A program made the position numbers and the translations under genes. From NCBI GenBank assembly GCA_038114285.1, contig JAYNQN010000001.1, positions 120,454-184,453 on the forward strand: a stretch of 64,000 nucleotides of DNA, in the 5' to 3' direction. Below are positions 57,422 through 64,000 of the stretch, piece after piece. Under the pieces are notes generated by a model that was not told the origin of the DNA, did not search any database, and saw only the letters and a list, made by a program, of their open reading frames with translations. This DNA is from Gammaproteobacteria bacterium. GTDB taxonomy: Bacteria; Pseudomonadota; Gammaproteobacteria; Poriferisulfidales; GCA-002705445. Numbering within the stretch: position 1 is the first letter of the stretch; every line of letters starts with the position of its first letter.

Positions 57422-58612
57422 ATGAAGCAATGTGTAATTCTAGTTGGTGGAAAAGGAACTAGGCTAGGTGAGTTAACTAAAAATACACCAAAGCCAATGT
57501 TAGAGATAAATAATAAGCCTTTTTTACTTTACATAATTGAAACTATCGTTAGATATGGATTTACAGAAATAATACTATTAGCATCACATGCAAATAAAGT
57601 TCTAATAGATTACTTTAAAAAGAATAGCTATAAAAATTGCAAGATTAAGATTATTGTTGAGGAGGAACCGCTAGGGACAGGTGGTGCTTTAGTAAATGCA
57701 TTTGAGCATTTAAATGACAGTTTTTTTTGCTTAAATGGAGATTCTATAATTGAAGGTAATTGGTTATCTTTAGTTGAAAATTTTGATACTAATGCAGATG
57801 TTGTTATTGGACTTACCGAAACGAATGATTCATCTCGCTACGGGTCAATTGAAATACAAAATAAAAAAATTATTTCTTTTAATGAGAAGAATGAAAGTTC
57901 AAAATCTAAATTAATAAATGGAGGTATTTATTTACTGCGAAAATCTATATTTAAAAATCTTAAAAAAAATTTTATATCATTGGAAAATGATATATTTCCC
58001 AATATAGTTAATTCAGGAAAAGCTAATGGATTAAAAATAAAAGGTTTTTTTATAGACATTGGAACAGTTAAATCTTTAGAGTATGCAAGAAAAAGAGATT
58101 GGCAGAAAGATAAAAAAGCCGTGGTCTTTGATAGAGATGGTACACTAAATCATGATGAAGGATACACATATAAGATAGAAGACTTGTCATGGACTGACGG
58201 CGCTATAGATTTAATAAAATATCTAAATAACAATAATTATTTAGTTTTTGTTGCAACCAATCAAGCTGGTATAGCAAAAGGTAAATTCCTAGAAAGTGAT
58301 ATGTTTAAATTTCATGAAAATATGCAAGAGCAATTAAGAAAAGTAGGGGCACATATAGATAAATTTTATTATTGCCCATTCCATATTGAAGGGGTAGTTG
58401 ATAAATATAAAATTGATAGTAATGACAGAAAGCCTAATGTTGGGATGTTGCAAAGTATCTATCAAGAATGGAATTTACAAAAAAGCAAAATGATTATGAT
58501 AGGAGATAGAGACACTGACATAGAGTGCGCAGAAAAATTTAAAATACAGGGTTATAAATACAATATTAAAGATGATATAATGGAATTTTTTAAAAATAAA
58601 ATTAATTTTTAA
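57422..58612 (+). CDS. Bifunctional sugar-1-phosphate nucleotidyltransferase (HddC-like) / D-glycero-D-manno-heptose 1,7-bisphosphate phosphatase (GmhB)
   Basis: N-terminus VILVGGKGTRLGELTKNTPKPML is the NTP_transferase G-x-G-T-R-L motif. The C-terminal ~180 aa are colinear with E. coli GmhB: VFDRDGTLN...GY, VATNQAGIAKGKF, YYCPFH, RKPNVGML, MIGDRDTDIECA. Confidence 0.8.
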   Translation: MKQCVILVGGKGTRLGELTKNTPKPMLEINNKPFLLYIIETIVRYGFTEIILLASHANKVLIDYFKKNSYKNCKIKIIVEEEPLGTGGALVNAFEHLNDSFFCLNGDSIIEGNWLSLVENFDTNADVVIGLTETNDSSRYGSIEIQNKKIISFNEKNESSKSKLINGGIYLLRKSIFKNLKKNFISLENDIFPNIVNSGKANGLKIKGFFIDIGTVKSLEYARKRDWQKDKKAVVFDRDGTLNHDEGYTYKIEDLSWTDGAIDLIKYLNNNNYLVFVATNQAGIAKGKFLESDMFKFHENMQEQLRKVGAHIDKFYYCPFHIEGVVDKYKIDSNDRKPNVGMLQSIYQEWNLQKSKMIMIGDRDTDIECAEKFKIQGYKYNIKDDIMEFFKNKINF

Positions 58613-58617
58613 ATACA

Positions 58618-59313
58618 ATGAATTATGAAAATTTTATAAATGAGTTCAATAAAAAAGGGTATTTTATTCTTTCTGGAGTTTTTGAATCAAAAGATTGCGA
58701 AAAAATTATATCCGAAGCAAATAAAATTAAAGAAAAAGACAATAATTATCTTCCCTTAATGAATCCACATAAAAATTCTAAATCCATAATGGAAGCTATG
58801 GGAAATAAAACAATAATAAGATTTATAGAGTCTTATTTTAAAAATGAGGTTTATGGTTTACAAACAGAGTTTTTTTTTATGCCTCCACATACAAAAGGTT
58901 TTACGCCTCATCAAGATAATACATACGTGCAGGCTGATGAAAATTCATTTGTATCGGCTTGGGTTGCCCTTACAGATGTAAATGAAAAAAATGGTGGTTT
59001 GATAATTTGGCCAATGTCACATAAAGAAAAAAAACTGCAATCTTTGGAAAATATAGAAGAAAAATCATTTAATCAAGACCCTAACGCCAGAAGTAGAATA
59101 ACTATACTCCCGGATAGCTATAAAAAGATTACGCCATCTATAAAAAAAGGTGATGTTATTATGATTCATAGTTGGTTAGTTCATGCTTCAAATGATAACA
59201 AGTCTAAAGCAAATAGAAATGCCTTGTTATGCACTTATTTGAAAAAAGACGCAAATTTTAGGCCTGGAAATACTGCGAAAAGAAAACCTTTCAAATTAAT
59301 ATCTAATTTATGA
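58618..59313 (+). CDS. Phytanoyl-CoA dioxygenase (PhyH) family Fe(II)/2-oxoglutarate-dependent oxygenase
   Basis: 231 aa; HQD facial-triad motif (FTPHQDNTY) and a distal His in IHSWLVHAS; PhyH-like length and spacing. Confidence 0.6.
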   Translation: MNYENFINEFNKKGYFILSGVFESKDCEKIISEANKIKEKDNNYLPLMNPHKNSKSIMEAMGNKTIIRFIESYFKNEVYGLQTEFFFMPPHTKGFTPHQDNTYVQADENSFVSAWVALTDVNEKNGGLIIWPMSHKEKKLQSLENIEEKSFNQDPNARSRITILPDSYKKITPSIKKGDVIMIHSWLVHASNDNKSKANRNALLCTYLKKDANFRPGNTAKRKPFKLISNL

Positions 59314-60200
59314 ATAAAATAAACAAAGGACACATGGGATCTACAATAAAATTTTCTTCTAAAGAAGATGTAAAACTATTTTTAAAAGATTTCAATAGCC
59401 CCAGTAAAATAGTAGAACTCTTTTCTTCTTGGAAGTATCTGAACCAATATGATTTAAGTAAAATTAAGTTTAAAGAAGTTATAATTGATGAATTAATTAA
59501 AAAGAAATTGGTTGATGATTTAGTTTTTAGTAAAAATGAATATAAACTTGAGAAATTACATTTGTGTTTAAATTCAAAATATAAAACACTTGATGAGTCA
59601 GAGCAAAATAAAATATCTATTAGTTTTTATGAAACATCTAAAATATTAAATGATCTTTATGTGGAATTTATAAAAAATGTAATATCAAAAGATTTTAATG
59701 AGAAAATTTATTATCAGAAAGTTCCGACTTTTAGATTTCATTTTCCTAATCAGGAGGGTTACAACTGGAATGACAGGTACCATACAGATATCATGCTGGG
59801 CCATCCTCCCTATGAAAATAACATTTGGGTACCTTTTACAAATGCTTTTGGTAGCAATAGTATGAGACTGATGCCTTTGCAAGACAGTATTGACTTATTA
59901 AATGAGTGTAACAATGATTTTGAGGTTTTTGCAGAAAAAACTCAATACAATGAAGACTTTATGGATAATTTGAAAAAATGTTCAGATCCTTTGGAAATGC
60001 GCTATGGAGAATATATTATATTTGATTCAAGATGTTTGCATTGCACCCAGTACAATGATACAAAAGACACAAGAATAAGCATGGATATAAGAGTAATACA
60101 AGAAAGTGAGATAAAAAAATATTCACGTTCGTATACGACAACAGGTAGAAAAAAAATGCCTTTCTTGCCAGGTTATTACTTTTCCAAAGAAGCTTTATAA
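59310..60200 (+). CDS. Hypothetical protein, possibly a second divergent Fe(II)/2OG oxygenase-like enzyme
   Basis: 296 aa; a candidate HxD...H triad (RYHTDIM ... FDSRCLHCT). This is motif-level inference only. Confidence 0.35.
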   Translation: MNKINKGHMGSTIKFSSKEDVKLFLKDFNSPSKIVELFSSWKYLNQYDLSKIKFKEVIIDELIKKKLVDDLVFSKNEYKLEKLHLCLNSKYKTLDESEQNKISISFYETSKILNDLYVEFIKNVISKDFNEKIYYQKVPTFRFHFPNQEGYNWNDRYHTDIMLGHPPYENNIWVPFTNAFGSNSMRLMPLQDSIDLLNECNNDFEVFAEKTQYNEDFMDNLKKCSDPLEMRYGEYIIFDSRCLHCTQYNDTKDTRISMDIRVIQESEIKKYSRSYTTTGRKKMPFLPGYYFSKEAL

Positions 60201-60205
60201 AAAAT

Positions 60206-61153
60206 ATGAAAAATAAATTTAACAATGAAAAAGCATATTATCTATATTTACTTATAAGAAAAAGTGAAGAAAAAATTATAGATTTATATAGCACAGATAA
60301 AATAAAAAGCCCCGTACATTTATCAATTGGTCAAGAAGCAATTGCTGTAGGAGTAAGTTTGGCGTTAAAAGACGAAGACATAATTTTTAGTAATTACAGG
60401 GGACATGCTCATTATATAGCGCGAGAAGCAAACCTTGATAAAATGTGGGCTGAGCTTTATGGAAAAAGTAGAGGTACTGCGCGTGGTAAAGGTGGTTCTA
60501 TGCATTTAAATGATTGGGGTAAAAAATTTATGCCGACGTCAGCCATTGTATCGACTGCTATCCCTCAAGCTGTCGGTTATGCGTTCGCTCTCAAATATAA
60601 AAAACAAAATGGTATTGTAATTTGTTATCATGGTGATGGTGCTACAGAGGAGGGTGTCTTTTGGGAGTCTCTGAACTTTGCTAGTTTGCATGAACTTCCT
60701 ATTATATTTATTTGTGAAAACAATAAATATGCAATATACACACATCAAGATAAAAGAGTAAAAAATGATCCTATTATAGAGAGAGCAAATTCGTTTGGAG
60801 TAAAATCAAAAAAGATAAAGTTTGGATCTACTGAAGATTACTATAATGTAACATCAGAATGTATAAATAATATTAATAATAAAAGTGAACCATATTTGAT
60901 TGAGTGTGTAACTACAAGATGGAAAGATCACGTAGGAACTGGAGATGCATCTGATCTGAATTACCGTGATATGAGAGAAATTGATTTTGCAATTGAACAT
61001 GATGATTTAATTAATTTAGAAAAACAATTATCATCAGATGTAATTAAAAAAATTAAGTTACAAGTAGATAGAGAATTAGAAAATGCAGTAAATTTTGCTG
61101 AAGCAAGTAATTTTCCAAATAAAGAAGAACTTTATGATAACGTCTATGGATAA
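60206..61153 (+). CDS. Thiamine-diphosphate-dependent dehydrogenase E1 component, alpha subunit (pyruvate/acetoin dehydrogenase E1-alpha-like)
   Basis: 315 aa; the TPP-binding block GDGATEEGVFWESLNFASLHELPIIFICENNKYAI is the GDG...N motif of the E1-alpha family. Confidence 0.8.
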   Translation: MKNKFNNEKAYYLYLLIRKSEEKIIDLYSTDKIKSPVHLSIGQEAIAVGVSLALKDEDIIFSNYRGHAHYIAREANLDKMWAELYGKSRGTARGKGGSMHLNDWGKKFMPTSAIVSTAIPQAVGYAFALKYKKQNGIVICYHGDGATEEGVFWESLNFASLHELPIIFICENNKYAIYTHQDKRVKNDPIIERANSFGVKSKKIKFGSTEDYYNVTSECINNINNKSEPYLIECVTTRWKDHVGTGDASDLNYRDMREIDFAIEHDDLINLEKQLSSDVIKKIKLQVDRELENAVNFAEASNFPNKEELYDNVYG

Positions 61154-61158
61154 TAATA

Positions 61159-62208
61159 ATGAATTCAATTGTTGATAAAAAACTAATAAATTATGGTGAA
61201 GCTATTTACGAAGCTTGTTATCAAGAGATGGAAATTGATAAAAATGTTTTTGTGTACGGGCTCGGTGTTGACGATCCCAAAGGCCATTATGGAACTTCCA
61301 AAGATCTTCATAAAGTTTACGGTAAAAATAGAAGCTTTGATGTCCCCCTGTCAGAAGATGGTTTAACTGGCATAGGTATCGGTGCTGCGTTAGCTGGCTT
61401 AAGACCAATTTATGTTCATCAGCGAATGGATTTTCTTTTGTTATGTATGAATCAATTAGTGAACATGGCAGCTAAGATTAGATATATTTCTTCTGGCGAA
61501 CACTCGGTTCCAATCGTTATAAGGGCTGCAGTTGGAAGAAGCTGGGGACAAGGAGCTCAGCATAGTCAATCACTCCAATCATTTTTTATGCATGTTCCAG
61601 GTATAAAAGTTATTGCACCAACAACACCACATGACGCCAAAGGGGCGTTAATAGCAAGCATAAGAGACAATAATCCTGTTGTATTTATAGAGCATAGAAT
61701 GTTATACAATAACGCAGGATATGTGCCATCAAGTTTATATGAGGTACCTTTTGGTAAAGGAAGAATTTTAAAAGAAGGTAATGATATTACAATCGTAGGA
61801 GTAAGTTACACGGTAGAGGATTCGTTAAGAGCTTCAGAGTTACTGAAAGGCGTTGGTGTAAATGCCGAAATAATTGACCCAATAAGTTTATCACCAATAG
61901 ATTATGAGTTGATAAGAAAGTCAGTTTCTAAAACAGGAAAACTATTGGTTGTAGATAATGGATGGACAACATGTGGATTTTCATCAGAAATTATTACAGA
62001 TGTTGCAATAAATTGTAATAATGTAAGTTGTGAAAGAATTGGATTTTCAGAAACACCTTGCCCAACTACACCCAGTTTAGAAAATATATTTTATCCTACT
62101 CCACAGTCAATAGCAGTAAAAGCAAACGAAATGTGCGGTGGAGATTCAAAGTGGAGTCCTCCTGAGCAACCTGCAAAAGAAATTACTTCATTTAAGGGTC
62201 CATTTTAA
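61159..62208 (+). CDS. Thiamine-diphosphate-dependent dehydrogenase E1 component, beta subunit (transketolase-like)
   Basis: 349 aa with a transketolase pyrimidine-binding domain plus a C-terminal domain; paired with the upstream alpha subunit. No E2/E3 genes are adjacent. Confidence 0.8.
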   Translation: MNSIVDKKLINYGEAIYEACYQEMEIDKNVFVYGLGVDDPKGHYGTSKDLHKVYGKNRSFDVPLSEDGLTGIGIGAALAGLRPIYVHQRMDFLLLCMNQLVNMAAKIRYISSGEHSVPIVIRAAVGRSWGQGAQHSQSLQSFFMHVPGIKVIAPTTPHDAKGALIASIRDNNPVVFIEHRMLYNNAGYVPSSLYEVPFGKGRILKEGNDITIVGVSYTVEDSLRASELLKGVGVNAEIIDPISLSPIDYELIRKSVSKTGKLLVVDNGWTTCGFSSEIITDVAINCNNVSCERIGFSETPCPTTPSLENIFYPTPQSIAVKANEMCGGDSKWSPPEQPAKEITSFKGPF

Positions 62209-62291
62209 AATTTTTATTTTTTTTATTTGGTCAATAATTTGATATTATAAAAATAATGTTATTTTATAAATATTATAAACAAGGAATTTAA

Positions 62292-63302
62292 GTGAAAGCA
62301 TTAATAACTGGAATAACTGGAATGGTAGGCTCACATCTTGCAGATTATCTTCTGGAAAATACTGATTGGGAAATTCATGGCTTAATTAGATGGAGAAGTC
62401 CTTTGGATAATATTGAGGGATTAATAAAAAATATAAATAACAAAGAAAGAGTATTTTTACATTATGGTGACTTGCGAGATCCTCAGTCTTTAAATAAAGT
62501 TGTATCTGAAATAATTCCAGATTATGTATTTCACTTAGCAGCACAAAGCTATCCAAAAACAAGTTTTGATGCTCCAATAGATACTTATGATACAAATATT
62601 TCTGGAACATCAAATCTTTTAGAAGCTTTAAAAGTTTATGCGCAAGATTCGTGTATACACGTATGTGCATCATCAGAAGTTTTCGGAAGGGTTTCAAAAG
62701 ATAAACTACCGATAAATGAAGAGTGTTCATTTCATCCTGCTTCTCCATATGCAATTTCAAAAGTTGGAACGGATCTAGTAGGAAGATTCTATGCGGAAGC
62801 TTATGGAATGAAAATAATGACTACAAGAATGTTTACTCATACAGGACCTAGAAGAGGGGATGTTTTTGCAGAATCAACTTTTGCAAAACAAATTGCATTA
62901 GCAGAAGCAGGAAAAATTGATCCAATTATAAAAGTTGGAAACTTAAAATCTATGAGAACTATAGCTGATGTTCGAGATGCTGTAAGAGCTTATTATATGC
63001 TAGTTACAATAAACCCAACATCTGGTGAGTACTATAATATTGGAGGGAGTCATACGTGCACAATAGAGAAAATACTAAATGACTTGATCAATATATCTAC
63101 AATCAAAGATAAGCTTAAGATTGTTCAAGATAAAGACAGAATAAGACCAATTGACGCAGATTTGCAAGTTCCAGACACATCAAAATTTAAGAAGCATACT
63201 GGATGGGAGCCCAAAATACCATATGAAAAAACTATATCAGATTTATTAGATTTTTGGAGAGTGCAAGTTTCTAAAAATAATGGAAATTATTTAACAAGAT
63301 AA
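62292..63302 (+). CDS. Extended-SDR NDP-sugar 4,6-dehydratase (GDP-mannose/GDP-heptose 4,6-dehydratase Gmd/DmhA-like; Rmd-like reductase not excluded)
   Basis: GTG start; ITGITGMVGSHLADYLL Rossmann motif, a YxxxK region (SPYAISK) and HTGPRRG...F, colinear with the Gmd HESPRRGETF block. Confidence 0.6.
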   Translation: MKALITGITGMVGSHLADYLLENTDWEIHGLIRWRSPLDNIEGLIKNINNKERVFLHYGDLRDPQSLNKVVSEIIPDYVFHLAAQSYPKTSFDAPIDTYDTNISGTSNLLEALKVYAQDSCIHVCASSEVFGRVSKDKLPINEECSFHPASPYAISKVGTDLVGRFYAEAYGMKIMTTRMFTHTGPRRGDVFAESTFAKQIALAEAGKIDPIIKVGNLKSMRTIADVRDAVRAYYMLVTINPTSGEYYNIGGSHTCTIEKILNDLINISTIKDKLKIVQDKDRIRPIDADLQVPDTSKFKKHTGWEPKIPYEKTISDLLDFWRVQVSKNNGNYLTR

Positions 63303-63309
63303 TGATTAT

Positions 63310-64000
63310 ATGAATGACATAAATTTTATAAAATCATTAAATAAAGCAGAGCCTTTTTTAGATCATAAAAATGCAGTTTTAAGTGCGCCAATTAGGCATT
63401 TGTTTATGATTGGGGTTATCTGGTACTTAAATAAAAATAAAAAAATTACTAATATTTTAGAAATAGGATCATGGTTTGGAGCATCAACTTTATCATGGGC
63501 TCAAGGTTTATTAAAATACGCAAAATTAAATAGCTCTATCACATGTATAGATGCGTGGGAGCCTTTTTTTGATATGAATGTTCACGCAGATCATAATTAT
63601 GCTAACGAAATGGAACAACTGCTTGAGTCAGAATTTGCATACAATATCTTTTTGCACAATATGAGAACAATTAAGAAGGAATTAAAAACTCAGCACTTTA
63701 GAGGTAAAAGTGAAAATATATTATGCCAATTGAAAAATGAAATTTATGATGTTGTTTTTATAGATGCAGATCATACTTATAAATCTGTAAGCAAAGATAT
63801 TAAAAATTCATTGAGGCTAGTAAAAGATGGTGGAATAATTTGCGGAGACGATTTAAATTTGCAATTATGTGAAATTGATAAAGACTATGCAAATAAGAAT
63901 AAAGACAAAGACTTCATAAAAGATCCACTAACAAATAAAAATTATCATCCTGGGGTTACGCTTGCAGTTTTTGAAGAATTTGGCGAGGTTTCATCATGGG
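63310..64000 (+). CDS. Class I SAM-dependent methyltransferase of the TylF/MycF/CmcI family (3' end outside the window)
   Basis: ILEIGSWFGASTLSWAQ (SAM-binding motif I) and FIDADHTYKSV, matching the D-x-D-H-x-Y block of TylF/CmcI-type methyltransferases. Confidence 0.55.
   Translation, partial: MNDINFIKSLNKAEPFLDHKNAVLSAPIRHLFMIGVIWYLNKNKKITNILEIGSWFGASTLSWAQGLLKYAKLNSSITCIDAWEPFFDMNVHADHNYANEMEQLLESEFAYNIFLHNMRTIKKELKTQHFRGKSENILCQLKNEIYDVVFIDADHTYKSVSKDIKNSLRLVKDGGIICGDDLNLQLCEIDKDYANKNKDKDFIKDPLTNKNYHPGVTLAVFEEFGEVSSW

Noticed and set aside
60206-62208. E1 alpha/beta pair interpreted as the cell's pyruvate or acetoin dehydrogenase (central metabolism)
   Set aside because: No E2 (lipoyl acyltransferase) or E3 is adjacent, and the genes are embedded in a glycan biosynthesis locus. 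A sugar C-branching role is more consistent, although this remains an inference.

Overview
This is an AT-rich (roughly 30% GC), tightly packed bacterial chromosome segment. Its gene order is classically gammaproteobacterial: tRNA-Val, thrS-infC-rpmI-rplT-pheST-ihfA, lepB-rnc-era-recO-pdxJ-acpS, map-glnD-dapD, rpsB-tsf-pyrH-frr-uppS-cdsA-dxr-rseP-bamA-skp-lpxD-fabZ-lpxA, rnhB-dnaE-accA-tilS, pyrG-kdsA-eno-ftsB-ispDF, miaA-hfq-hflXKC-hisZ-purA. Genes frequently overlap, including convergent overlaps, and no terminator hairpins are visible; this is consistent with a streamlined (possibly marine) gammaproteobacterium, but I cannot name the taxon. No mobile elements, CRISPR arrays or rRNA genes are present. 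About 53.2-64 kb is almost all housekeeping. The accessory part starts right after purA, runs from ~53.2 kb to the window end, and is a cell-surface glycan cluster. It contains a WaaL-like ligase, a Wzm/Wzt ABC exporter and a 490-aa orphan membrane-anchored protein. It also has a fused sugar-1-phosphate nucleotidyltransferase / GmhB heptose-bisphosphate phosphatase, two PhyH-superfamily Fe(II)/2-oxoglutarate oxygenase-like proteins, a pyruvate-dehydrogenase-E1-like alpha/beta pair with no E2/E3, a Gmd/DmhA-like 4,6-dehydratase and a TylF/CmcI-type methyltransferase. I read this as a candidate pathway for a modified (6-deoxy, possibly two-carbon C-branched, methylated, hydroxylated) heptose or hexose on LPS or capsule; this is the best candidate for an undescribed system in the window. 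Other notable points follow. The lipid A cluster carries a GnnA/GnnB-like oxidoreductase/aminotransferase pair on an inverted block with lpxB, predicting a GlcN3N lipid A backbone. Enolase carries an in-frame TAA at a conserved Glu codon. infC starts at a non-ATG (AUU) codon. rpsB ends in a 15-bp tandem-repeat-encoded Lys/Ala-rich tail. pheT lacks its N-terminal tRNA-binding domain.
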